A stretch of 64,000 nucleotides of DNA from Candidatus Cloacimonadales bacterium (GCA_963678315.1 OY782781.1:1728001-1792000); one strand, 5' to 3'. Shown: positions 49,419-58,512, numbered from the stretch's first letter. Notes: generated by a model not told the origin, from the letters alone. Program-made: numbers and translations.

Positions 49419-50307
49419 CTTGCTTGCGTTTTCTTTTATTTATAAGATTTTTTATTACGCTCAGGTTGACTCCAATTATAACAATAGCAATTCCCAAGAA
49501 TTGTAGAGGTGTAAGTGTTTCTTTAAATATTAGATAGGCTAGAAATGATGCTATAATTGGCTTAAGAAAGAAGAACATTGCTCCAACAGTTGTGGGAACT
49601 CTTTTCAAGCCTTCGAAGAAGGTTAAGTAAGCAATTCCAGACACAAATATACCCAGATATCCAATTAGCATAAGATTAGAAGAAGTAGCCTCAAGAGTCA
49701 CATCAAAACCTGCTAATAATGATACAAGCAAGAGAACTAAAGCTCCCATTAGAAAGGATGTTGCATTTGTAACAAAGTTACCGTATTTCTTAACATAGCT
49801 TTTGGATATGACTGTATAAAGTCCGAATGATACTGCTGCTAAGCAACCAAAGATTATGCCTAGAATAGGGTGACTAGCACTTGTTTCTGACCCATGTTCT
49901 TGCAGAATAATTATACTTAAGCCTGTTACTCCTAAGAATAAACTTGTAATCTTAATTGGTGTAAGCTTTTCTTTATAGAATAGGGAAGAGAAGATAGCAA
50001 CAAAGATGGAGTTTGAACTGACAAGGATAGCACTAATAGAAGCTTCCCCATAAGATACAGCTAGTTGTAAGAACATCATAGAAAAGGTAACGTTTATTAT
50101 TCCTGGGACTGACAACTTTAGCAAATCGACAAGTTTAATTTTGTTTTTCTTGCCTTGTTTTATAGCAAAAGGAAGAATTAACAATCCACCAATAAGGAAT
50201 CTATAAATAGTTATAGCAAATGGGGATATATCATTCCCAATAAGCTTGCCTGTAACTTCCAAAGTAGAAAATAGAACTATCGTAAATAGAATTAGTAAAT
50301 ATCCCAT
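49411..50307 (-). CDS. DMT/EamA family transporter
   Basis: ~10 TM helices in two EamA repeats; 3' end overlaps the PP2C gene by 8 bp. Confidence 0.92.
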   Translation of the reverse strand: MGYLLILFTIVLFSTLEVTGKLIGNDISPFAITIYRFLIGGLLILPFAIKQGKKNKIKLVDLLKLSVPGIINVTFSMMFLQLAVSYGEASISAILVSSNSIFVAIFSSLFYKEKLTPIKITSLFLGVTGLSIIILQEHGSETSASHPILGIIFGCLAAVSFGLYTVISKSYVKKYGNFVTNATSFLMGALVLLLVSLLAGFDVTLEATSSNLMLIGYLGIFVSGIAYLTFFEGLKRVPTTVGAMFFFLKPIIASFLAYLIFKETLTPLQFLGIAIVIIGVNLSVIKNLINKRKRKQVN

Positions 50308-50341
50308 AGCCTTACCTTTTTATATAATATTTTCTTCAAAT

Positions 50342-50376
50342 AAAAAACCTTCTAATCTATAATAAACTAGAAGGTC
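50342..50376 (-). terminator. Putative terminator
   Basis: ACCTTCTA...TAGAAGGT hairpin with an A-run on the left. Confidence 0.6.
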
Positions 50377-50396
50377 TGTTTCAATAATTATATTTA

Positions 50397-50822
50397 CTAA
50401 TTTGTGTCTAGTGTTTTCATGAAATTAAATGCTCTTTCTATGAGTTGTTTAAGTATATCAAGATCGACATCAGCAAGTTTATTGATGTAAAGACAAGCTT
50501 TGCCAAACTTATGTTTACCTAGTTTGTCTAGTAAATCAGCTTGCTTTTCTAATTCATACATTAAGTAAAGTGAAAACTTAGTCTTTCTTGGAGAAAAACC
50601 AACTAAGAAAGTATCTCCTTCCCGACCGGTTTTGTATTTATAGTGATACTTTCCAAAACCTATCATTGAGTCTCCCCACATAACAGCTTCCAAGCCAGTT
50701 ATATCTTTCATTAGTTGAAGAATTTTATAACTGTCAGCGATTTTTTTCTCATTATCTATTGAATTGATGAAATCATCAACACTTTTTCCATTAGCTTTTG
50801 TTTTATTTTCATTTTTAGTCAT
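50397..50822 (-). CDS. DUF1801 domain protein
   Basis: MWGDSMIGFGKYHYKY..GREGD, GFSPRK, LGKHK.GK.CLYINKL motifs. Confidence 0.88.
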   Translation of the reverse strand: MTKNENKTKANGKSVDDFINSIDNEKKIADSYKILQLMKDITGLEAVMWGDSMIGFGKYHYKYKTGREGDTFLVGFSPRKTKFSLYLMYELEKQADLLDKLGKHKFGKACLYINKLADVDLDILKQLIERAFNFMKTLDTN

Positions 50823-50882
50823 AATATCCTCTCAAAGATTATTAAGGAAATTATAGTCATTTTCTATCAAAAATCTAGATAT

Positions 50883-52022
50883 TTATTGTATAGTCTCTAA
50901 GCTAAACCAAAAGATAGACCCATTAGGTGAATTTGGTTTATAACCAATCTTCCCATGATGAGCATTAATTACCTTTTGACTAATAGCCAGCCCTAGCCCA
51001 GTCGATATCTCATCACCAGTAGGTTGGGCTGATGTTTTTGAAAACGCTTTAAAAAGTTTATCTTGCTCAGATTCAGGTATTCCTACTCCATTATCTTTCA
51101 CTTCAAAAAGTATTTCTTCACCTTGATTAAAAACATCTATTACAACAGTCGTATTTTCATAAGAGTATTTTATTGAGTTAGAAACAAGATTTTCAATAAC
51201 CTGTTTTAAATAAGTTTGGTCTACTCTTACATAAGAACGTATATTGGCAGCAATATTAATATCAAGATGAATATTCTTATTTTTAGCTCTAAATCTATTC
51301 CGATTAAGAATGTCTTTTACTAAATCTATGAGGTTATATTTCCCTAGATTCATATCAAGCTTTCCAGCATTAACCTTTGATAAGTCTAGTAAATTCTGGA
51401 TTATATATAGCATATAAGCTGATGATTCTCCAATAATATCAAGAATTTCTTTAGTAGAATCTGTTATGCCATACTCTTCTTCATCTTCTAGAAGAAGGTC
51501 AACGAAAGAGTGTATTGCACCAATTGGATTTCTTAAGTCATGAGCTGCCATACCAAGAAGTTTATTTAGCTCATTAATATTCTTTTCAAGTGTCTTATTT
51601 TTGAATTCTAGTTCTTTCTTTTTGCTTATTAGGTCTCTTTGTAGAATTGTAATTTCTTTATTTAGTTTGAAGATAGAGTTTGATGCGTCAAGAATATCAT
51701 CAAAATCATACTCAAAAATCATTACAACATAATTATCTATACGAAAAATCCTACTATCCAGAGAGATGTATCCATCTACAGACCGTTTTGATGTAAAAGT
51801 TACTATGCCACTAAAAATATCCTTATCGTCACTCTCTTTAATCTTATTGATTATTGATGACCAAGTTGGGTTTTGAAAGCACTCAACAATATCATTATCA
51901 GCAAGTAATTTTTTCATACCACTATTCTGGTAATCAATTTTATAAGTGTCATTTAATATTAAGACTGAGGATGAATTGAAGTTATCAATTAATTCAATTA
52001 ATTCTTCTCTATTCATTTTCAT
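50883..52022 (-). CDS. Cytoplasmic sensor histidine kinase
   Basis: PAS-like N-terminus, coiled coil, AAHDLRNP H-box, NLVSNSIKY, DNGVGI, GLGLAI; no TM helix. Confidence 0.95.
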   Translation of the reverse strand: MKMNREELIELIDNFNSSSVLILNDTYKIDYQNSGMKKLLADNDIVECFQNPTWSSIINKIKESDDKDIFSGIVTFTSKRSVDGYISLDSRIFRIDNYVVMIFEYDFDDILDASNSIFKLNKEITILQRDLISKKKELEFKNKTLEKNINELNKLLGMAAHDLRNPIGAIHSFVDLLLEDEEEYGITDSTKEILDIIGESSAYMLYIIQNLLDLSKVNAGKLDMNLGKYNLIDLVKDILNRNRFRAKNKNIHLDINIAANIRSYVRVDQTYLKQVIENLVSNSIKYSYENTTVVIDVFNQGEEILFEVKDNGVGIPESEQDKLFKAFSKTSAQPTGDEISTGLGLAISQKVINAHHGKIGYKPNSPNGSIFWFSLETIQ

Positions 52023-52025
52023 TAA

Positions 52026-52427
52026 CTACCCTTCAAAGTAGAAAAGTTGTGATAGCATATAGAAGTAATACTCTTTAACTTTATTGAATTCTTCAATCTC
52101 CAGAATTTCTTTATATCCTTCTAACCAGAAATTTAGTTCCAAGTAGAAATAACTTCTTTTAAACCCATGATTTAAATATGATTTAAATACCCAAGCAAGA
52201 GTATTATCTAATGTTGATAAATCACCAGCTTTCCATAAAGAAATTACAAAGTTAATGTGGTTAGTATGATTCTTTTTCATACTATTTAAATTGTTTTCAC
52301 CAATGAAATCTTCAAACTTAGTATGTTTTAAAAACTTAGAGTTTACTTGAGCAATTAGCTGCTCTTTATTAATTTCTATTTTATTGATTGTTTCGATTTC
52401 AATCTTTGCTAATGAGTTTATAGACAT
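52026..52427 (-). CDS. All-helical protein, globin/phycobiliprotein-like (tentative)
   Basis: 133 aa helical pattern (NH.NHINFV...W....Y..HG); sits between the B12-binding gene and the kinase gene; RBS AGGGAGG. Confidence 0.55.
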   Translation of the reverse strand: MSINSLAKIEIETINKIEINKEQLIAQVNSKFLKHTKFEDFIGENNLNSMKKNHTNHINFVISLWKAGDLSTLDNTLAWVFKSYLNHGFKRSYFYLELNFWLEGYKEILEIEEFNKVKEYYFYMLSQLFYFEG

Positions 52428-52440
52428 GATCCCTCCCTTA

Positions 52441-53112
52441 TTAAATTTTAAAGTTGTCTATGTATGGTTTAAGGTCAGCAAAGCCTTTAAGATATGTTAC
52501 ATTCTCGTATTTATCTGCAATATCTTGTCCTCCATGGAGAAAGGCTTGTCCGCCTACAATAATTTTCAATTCAGGATAGTGCCTAGTAACCGTGTCAAGT
52601 GTGTTTAGCAGAATGTTGAAATTCATGAAGATACTAACTGAAATTGCTAATAGATTGGGCTTATATTCTTCAATTAATTTCAGTAAATCATTGATTGGAG
52701 TTTCAGAGCCTAAGAAGTAACAATTCCAACCTTCTTGTTCAAGAAAGTCTGTAATCATTCTTGCTCCAACTTGATGTTGTTCATTTTCAATTGTAGTTGA
52801 GATAGCCACTAAATTACTTTTTTCTTTGTAATCAAGTGAATCATAAAAATGATTCATTAAAGATTCTGTAATAGCCGTTGCTAAGTGTTCTTTGGCTACA
52901 GATATTTTATTATTTTCCCATAATGTTCCAACTTGATAAAGTGAGTCTTTTAATATCATTTCATAAACTTTTGATAAGTCGACATTTTGTTTAATTAGAT
53001 TATCAATTACTTTTATACACTCTAATTTTTGTCCATTTATGAGCTGTTCTGTCAACAAAGATGAAATCTCAACTAATTTAGCTGAATCCATAATATCTGT
53101 TTTTTCTTGCAT
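52441..53112 (-). CDS. Stand-alone CarH-type cobalamin-binding protein
   Basis: W-x9-EH (WENNKISVAKEH), ExHxxG (EQHQVG), SVS and IIVGG motifs; no HTH domain. Confidence 0.9.
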   Translation of the reverse strand: MQEKTDIMDSAKLVEISSLLTEQLINGQKLECIKVIDNLIKQNVDLSKVYEMILKDSLYQVGTLWENNKISVAKEHLATAITESLMNHFYDSLDYKEKSNLVAISTTIENEQHQVGARMITDFLEQEGWNCYFLGSETPINDLLKLIEEYKPNLLAISVSIFMNFNILLNTLDTVTRHYPELKIIVGGQAFLHGGQDIADKYENVTYLKGFADLKPYIDNFKI

Positions 53113-53129
53113 AATAACTCCCTATTCAT

Positions 53130-53158
53130 AAATTAGTTGTAAAGATAATTTATGTCAA
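53130..53158 (-). promoter_or_regulatory. Putative sigma70 promoter of the B12-sensor operon
   Basis: Minus-strand TTGACA-N17-TAATTT. Confidence 0.45.
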
Positions 53159-53200
53159 ATAATTTTTATCTATAATTGAATAATATTAGGTGAGGATAAT

Positions 53201-53872
53201 ATGAGAGAGATTAATATTGTTAAGAATTTCCAAATGCACCCTAAAGGATCTGTGCTGATTTCATTAGGGCAAACAAAAGTTATATGCAGTGTTACAGTTG
53301 AAGAAAGAGTTCCTGATTTTTGTCTTGAAAAAGAACAAGGTTGGTTAACTGCTGAATATAGTATGTTGCCAAGCGCGACAAATACACGTAATAGAAGAGA
53401 GGTATCTAAGGGTAAAGTTAGTGGTAGAACTGCAGAAATACAAAGATTAATTGGTCGCTCTCTAAGAAGTGTTGTTGATTTAAAAGCCATCAAAGGAATG
53501 ACAATAACAGTTGATTGTGATGTTATTCAGGCAGATGGAGGAACAAGAACTGCTTCCATTACAGGAGCTGGTCTAGCTTTGGATATTGCTTTTAATAAAC
53601 TTCTTGCAGAAGGAAAAATATATTCTAATCCTATAAAAGAACATATTGCTGCTATAAGCGTTGGTATAATTGATGGACAAGTTGTTGCTGATTTAGATTA
53701 CTCTTTAGATTCTAGAGCAGATGTTGATATGAATGTTGTTATGACTGAATCAGGTAATTTAATTGAAGTTCAGGGTACAGCTGAGGGTAATACTTTTTCA
53801 AGAAGTCAACTTACTAAAATGTTGGACCAAGCAGAAGATGCTATTAAGAGCATTTTAACCGAAATTTATTAG
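53201..53872 (+). CDS. rph: Ribonuclease PH
   Basis: GWLTAEYSMLPSAT, RTAEIQRLIGRSLR, QADGGTRTASITG, DMNVVMT, EVQGTAE motifs. Confidence 0.97.
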   Translation: MREINIVKNFQMHPKGSVLISLGQTKVICSVTVEERVPDFCLEKEQGWLTAEYSMLPSATNTRNRREVSKGKVSGRTAEIQRLIGRSLRSVVDLKAIKGMTITVDCDVIQADGGTRTASITGAGLALDIAFNKLLAEGKIYSNPIKEHIAAISVGIIDGQVVADLDYSLDSRADVDMNVVMTESGNLIEVQGTAEGNTFSRSQLTKMLDQAEDAIKSILTEIY

Positions 53873-53958
53873 CAGTTTAGCCGAGAATTTAACAAGCTTC
53901 TTGACTATGTTGAAGATATTCTTTTTCTTGGTTTTTAATATATAGAATTGGAGGAAGG

Positions 53959-54957
53959 ATGAACAAAAAAGTTTCATTAACCGGAATTAAACCTACTGGT
54001 ATGCCACATTTAGGCAATTTTGTTGGTTCAATTAGACCAGCTTTAGAATTAGCTAAAAACTATGATGCCAGATACTTTATTGCTGATTATCATGCACTCA
54101 ATCAAGTGAAAGATCCCCAAAAATTAAAAGATATGACATTTGAAGTGGCTGCAGCATGGCTAGCTTGTGGTTTAAATCCAGAGGAAGTACTTTTTTATCG
54201 TCAATCTGATGTTCCTGAAACTTTTGAACTTGCAATTGCTCTGATGGCTTTTACTCCTAAAGGACTGATGAACAGGGCTCATGCTTATAAAGCTGTTGTT
54301 CAAAAGAACGAAGAGGAAAATAAACCTCTTGATGATGGTGTTAATATAGGACTTTTTACATATCCTGTGCTTATGGCTGCTGATATATTACTTTTTGATG
54401 CTGATATTGTTCCTGTAGGAAAGGACCAACTTCAACATATTGAAATGGCTAATGATATTGTGCAGGCTATGAATTTTAATTATAAAGCTGAAGTATTGAA
54501 GCAACCTAGTCCTTATACTCATCAAGAAGCTGGTGTTATTGTTGGGCTTGATGGCAGAAAAATGAGTAAATCTTATAATAATGTTATTCCTCTTTTCTTA
54601 CCTGAAAAGAAATTGAGAAAGACTATTATGAAGATAGTAACTAACTCACAGACTGTTGAAGAAGCTAAAGACCCTGATACTTGCAACGTCTTTGCTTTGT
54701 ACAAAGTCTTTGCTAGTCAAGAAGAGCAAGCTAAACTTCGTGAACGTTATTTAGCTGGTGGTATGGGCTGGGGACACGCTAAACAAGAACTGTTTGAAGT
54801 TGTAAATGCTCAATTAAAAGAACCTAGAGAAAAGTACTTTGAACTTTTAGAAAACAAAGATTATGTTGAGAAGATTCTTAAAGAAGGTGCTGAAAAAGCT
54901 AGAGTTATAGCCCGTCAAACCGTTAATAGAATGAGATCTATTATCGGAATTGATTAA
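53959..54957 (+). CDS. trpS: Tryptophan--tRNA ligase
   Basis: TGIKPTG.PHLGN, YPVLMAADIL, VPVGKDQ, KMSKS motifs. Confidence 0.97.
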   Translation: MNKKVSLTGIKPTGMPHLGNFVGSIRPALELAKNYDARYFIADYHALNQVKDPQKLKDMTFEVAAAWLACGLNPEEVLFYRQSDVPETFELAIALMAFTPKGLMNRAHAYKAVVQKNEEENKPLDDGVNIGLFTYPVLMAADILLFDADIVPVGKDQLQHIEMANDIVQAMNFNYKAEVLKQPSPYTHQEAGVIVGLDGRKMSKSYNNVIPLFLPEKKLRKTIMKIVTNSQTVEEAKDPDTCNVFALYKVFASQEEQAKLRERYLAGGMGWGHAKQELFEVVNAQLKEPREKYFELLENKDYVEKILKEGAEKARVIARQTVNRMRSIIGID

Positions 54958-55030
54958 AAATTCTTAAAATTTACTTGACACAAAATAGATTAATTATTTT
55001 TATACATAAACATATTGCAAGGGAGACAAA

Positions 55031-55396
55031 ATGAGTGGTTTAACAATATTTTTATTAGTTGTACACATACTAATTAGTATTGTATTAGTACTAATTATAT
55101 TAGCTCAAACATCTAAGGGTGGTGGGCTAGACAGTAACCTTGGCGGTGCTGCATCTAATGTATTCGGTAGCGGTGCTTCCGATATGTTAAAGAAATGGAC
55201 ACAGATTATTGGAACTCTGTTCTTATTATCATGCGTGTTCATGGGAATTAATGTAAGTAAATCTGGTTCTAATTATAATCCAGGTTTAGACTCACAGAAT
55301 GAAAAAGCTGTAACTGAACAAGCTGAACCTTCTGCTACAGAAGATGCTCCAGCTGAAAGTTCTAGTGAAACAGCTCCACAAACTGAAAGTAACTAA
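55031..55396 (+). CDS. secG: Preprotein translocase subunit SecG
   Basis: Two TM helices around Q.SKGGGL...GG...FG; followed by tRNA-Leu. Confidence 0.93.
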   Translation: MSGLTIFLLVVHILISIVLVLIILAQTSKGGGLDSNLGGAASNVFGSGASDMLKKWTQIIGTLFLLSCVFMGINVSKSGSNYNPGLDSQNEKAVTEQAEPSATEDAPAESSSETAPQTESN

Positions 55397-55416
55397 TATT
55401 TAATATATATTTTATT

Positions 55417-55504
55417 GCAGAAGTGGTGGAATTGGCAGACACGCAAGACTAAGGATCTTGTGCCCACATAGGGTGTGCGGGTTCAAGTCCCGCCTTCTGC
55501 ACCA
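55417..55504 (+). tRNA. tRNA-Leu, anticodon AAG
   Basis: Acceptor GCAGAAG/CTTCTGC, A73, encoded CCA; D-arm GTGGAATTGGCAGACAC; anticodon arm CAAGA-CT AAG GA-TCTTG; long variable arm; T-arm GCGGG-TTCAAGT-CCCGC. Confidence 0.95.
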
Positions 55505-55508
55505 AGCT

Positions 55509-55547
55509 ATAGAGAACGATGAAAATTCATTGTTCTCTATTTTTTTT
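55509..55547 (+). terminator. Rho-independent terminator
   Basis: ATAGAGAACGATGA-AAAT-TCATTGTTCTCTAT plus T-run. Confidence 0.88.
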
Positions 55548-55590
55548 GCCCCTGATTTACTAAATATTGCTTAATCTTTACTCCATCCCA

Positions 55591-55890
55591 ACTTGCCTCA
55601 TTGAAAAATCAGCCTTTTTTCAAGGGGACTAGTAAGTTAGGAGTTAGGAGTTAGGAGTGAGGAGTTAGGAGTTAGGAGTGAGGAGTTAGGAGTGAGGAGT
55701 GAGGAGTTAGGAGTTAGGAGTGAGGAGTTAGGAGTTAGGAGTGAGGAGTTAGGAGTTAGGAGTGAGGAGTTAGGAGTTAGGAGTTACTAGGCTATCCATA
55801 AAAACCCCGAAGGGGTGGCATATACTAAGCATGGAGGCTTGCCCTCCATGTAATAGTTAAAAAATAAAAAAAGCCCTGAAAGGGCGACAT
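55591..55890. repeat. Composite REP-like element with heptamer array, copy B (inverted relative to A)
   Basis: 21 full AGT(T/G)AGG units at 55635-55781; 100-bp block identical to the reverse complement of 22526-22625. Confidence 0.92.
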
Positions 55891-55990
55891 AAAGGCTAAG
55901 CTTTATCTGCAAACAGAGAAGTTTACCACGAAAAGCACGAATAACACGAAAAACAGTCAAATTATTTAGGACTGGACAGTATGCTTGTAT

Positions 55991-56093
55991 GCATGCTTCT
56001 AGCATGCATTTGAGACGTTCTTCCGAACGTCTCTACAGTACAGTGTGCTTACACTTCTATACGCCCTCAAGGGTGTCAGCGTCACACCCCTAC
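55991..56093. repeat. REP-like block upstream of kinase 1
   Basis: 55991-56055 matches 58294-58358 at 61/65 positions; minus-strand GTAGAGACG and GTAGGGGTG palindromes. Confidence 0.85.
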
Positions 56094-56164
56094 AAACAAT
56101 TTCTTGACATATTTCCAAAGAAAGAACAAGATAAGAATTAAAGTTAACAACAAGGGGAATTAGC

Positions 56165-58195
56165 ATGCCTTTTTGTAGCAAGTGTGGTAATGAAATTAAA
56201 AATGATGATGCATTCTGTCCTGTATGTGGAACACCTAACAGGTTTTCAGAACAAGAGATATCAACGAACACTAATGAAAAGCAAGATTTTGCTAGATATA
56301 AAACTGATGTTTCTAGTGGTGGGACTTATGGCTTAGATATCCGTGATCTTCCTCAAGGTACAAAACTAGAAGATGAGCGTTATACTATCTTAGAAAAGCT
56401 GGGTGAAGGTGGTTTTGGTGTAGTCTATAAGGCTTCAGATAGTAATTATGAAGGTGATTTAAAAGCATTGAAAGTAATCTATAGCGAAAACTATAGTGAT
56501 AGATTGGTTATGCATAAGCTTAAAAGTGAAGCTAGAAACATGATTAAAATTAACCACCCTAACGTAGTAAGGCTATACGATATACATTTTCAGGGAGAAA
56601 TGAAATTTCTTGATATGGAATATGTCGATGGGGGAGATCTTGTTGGGCTAATGTTAAAGTGTCCTGATTACAAGATTGCAGAAGACAAAGTATGGGATTT
56701 AGCAATACAAATAGCTAAAGGTATGCAAGCAATCCACAAACAGAATTTAATACATCAAGACCTAAAACCTGAAAATATTCTCCTTACAAATGATGGTCAA
56801 GTTAAAATAACCGATTTCGGAATATCAGAACACTTTAGAAGTTCTAAATCCAGAATTGAAGAGACAAATATCAAGGGCACTTATGTTTACGCTTCTCCAG
56901 AACAACTTATAGGTGAAAATGTAGGCAAAGAGGCAGATGTTTGGTCTTTTGGAACCACCCTCTATCATATTTTAACTGGTGAAACTCTATATTCAGGCAA
57001 TACTAGTGGCGATGTGATTACACAAATAAAACTTAGGTCGTTTCAATCAGTTGCTAATGTATCAGAGAAGATGAACTATCTTTTGTCTAAGTGTTTGAAA
57101 AGAGACTATAAAGAAAGATTTAGGTCTTTTGGGCATATTTTAGAGTTTGTTTCGAAATCTAATGAACAGAGAAGGAAAGTCCCTCAACCATTAAAAAGTT
57201 TTAATCAACTAAATCAAGAAAAGAAGAATAGTGAAACAGATGATAGTATGCAAACAGCTACAAGTATCAAGCTTGTAAGTAGTAATTCAAAATTAAATGA
57301 TGACAAAAATCTAAAAAAAAATAAAATTCTAAAAAAAAAGACTAAAAAATTGAATAAAGAATTAACCAAATATCTTTATCTAATATTTTTGGGTATAATA
57401 TCAGTGGGGACAATCTATTATTTTGGAATGAAATATGTCAATAAAGAGCCCAAGTTGATAAAAATTGAGGGATTGTCAGAGGACTCAACCATGGTATTTG
57501 TCCAAGGGGGAACTTTTCAAATGGGGTCAAACAATATGGGCCACGATGAGAGGCCTGTTCATTCAGTAACTATAGATGATTTTTATATAAATAAGTATGA
57601 AGTAACTCAAGCTGAATATCAAGGTCTTATAGGGGAAAATCCATCTTATCACAAAGGAGATTACTATCCCGTGGAACAATTGTCTTGGTTTGATGCAGTA
57701 GAATTTTGTAATAAAAAAAGTAAACGAGAAGGATTAACCCCTTGCTATACAGGCTCAGGCTCAAATATTGTCTGCAATTTCGATGCAAATGGCTATCGGC
57801 TTCCTACTGAGGCAGAATGGGAATATGCTGCCAGAGGGGGAAATAAATCGGAGGGTTATCAATATTCTGGTTCTGATCAAATTGAAATAGTTGCTTGGTA
57901 TGTGTCCAATTCAGATGATAAAACTTCTCCTGTAGGCCAAAAAATGTCTAATGAATTAGGTATTTATGATATGTCTGGAAATGTTTGGGAATGGTGTTGG
58001 GATTGGTATGATAGTGGATATTATTCAGGTAGTAATGATGATAATCCAACTGGACCAAGTCACCAATCATGTCGTATCTTACGTAGTGGTTGTTGGAGTT
58101 TTAGTTCTGAGGGCTGTCGTGTTTCCAATAGAGGCTACTATTCTCCTATTAGAAGTGATTTTGATATAGGCTTTCGCCTAGCCCGTAAACCGTAG
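56165..58195 (+). CDS. Zinc ribbon-Ser/Thr kinase-TM-FGE/SUMF1 domain receptor kinase 1
   Basis: CxxC-x10-CxxC; GEGGFG, HQDLKPEN, DFG, SPEQ; one TM helix; FQMGS, YRLPTEAEWEYAARGG, DMSGNVWEW, GFR motifs. Confidence 0.95.
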   Translation: MPFCSKCGNEIKNDDAFCPVCGTPNRFSEQEISTNTNEKQDFARYKTDVSSGGTYGLDIRDLPQGTKLEDERYTILEKLGEGGFGVVYKASDSNYEGDLKALKVIYSENYSDRLVMHKLKSEARNMIKINHPNVVRLYDIHFQGEMKFLDMEYVDGGDLVGLMLKCPDYKIAEDKVWDLAIQIAKGMQAIHKQNLIHQDLKPENILLTNDGQVKITDFGISEHFRSSKSRIEETNIKGTYVYASPEQLIGENVGKEADVWSFGTTLYHILTGETLYSGNTSGDVITQIKLRSFQSVANVSEKMNYLLSKCLKRDYKERFRSFGHILEFVSKSNEQRRKVPQPLKSFNQLNQEKKNSETDDSMQTATSIKLVSSNSKLNDDKNLKKNKILKKKTKKLNKELTKYLYLIFLGIISVGTIYYFGMKYVNKEPKLIKIEGLSEDSTMVFVQGGTFQMGSNNMGHDERPVHSVTIDDFYINKYEVTQAEYQGLIGENPSYHKGDYYPVEQLSWFDAVEFCNKKSKREGLTPCYTGSGSNIVCNFDANGYRLPTEAEWEYAARGGNKSEGYQYSGSDQIEIVAWYVSNSDDKTSPVGQKMSNELGIYDMSGNVWEWCWDWYDSGYYSGSNDDNPTGPSHQSCRILRSGCWSFSSEGCRVSNRGYYSPIRSDFDIGFRLARKP

Positions 58196-58358
58196 GGGCG
58201 TATGGCATACGCCAATGAAATTTGTGTAAGCATGAACAAACAAAGTTCAGCCCTAAAGGGCGGATGCTTACACTCCTATACTCTTCTGGGTACGCATGCT
58301 CCTAGCATGCATTTGAGACATTCTGCCGAACGTCTCTACAGTACAGTATGCTTACACT
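58192..58358. repeat. REP-like block between the kinase genes
   Basis: GTAGGGGCGTATGGCATACGCC overlapping the stop codon; GCCCTAAAGGGC; 65-bp copy of 55991-56055. Confidence 0.8.
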
Positions 58359-58512
58359 CCAACACTAACACTAGCTTTGAGTTCAAGCTTAAGTGCTTAT
58401 TTCTGAAATAGGAAACATTTTCTTGACAAGTGCAAGCTCAATAGTAATATTAACAATATTTTAGATAGATTTGAAGATATTTCATCATTATTGATTAGAT
58501 AAGGAAGTTAGC

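Noticed and set aside
52441..53112. Corrinoid methyltransferase protein of a methyl-transfer pathway
   Set aside because: Has ExH plus W-x9-EH rather than the DxHxxG methyltransferase pattern; neighbours are signalling genes, not methyltransferases
53113..53200. Cobalamin riboswitch upstream of the B12-binding gene
   Set aside because: Only 88 bp, very AT-rich, no B12-box
53873..53958. T-box leader for trpS
   Set aside because: 86-bp gap is too short and has no T-box consensus
55417..55504. Reading the anticodon as TAA or TAG
   Set aside because: TAA needs a one-base shift that breaks the CAAGA/TCTTG stem and U33; TAG is not in the loop
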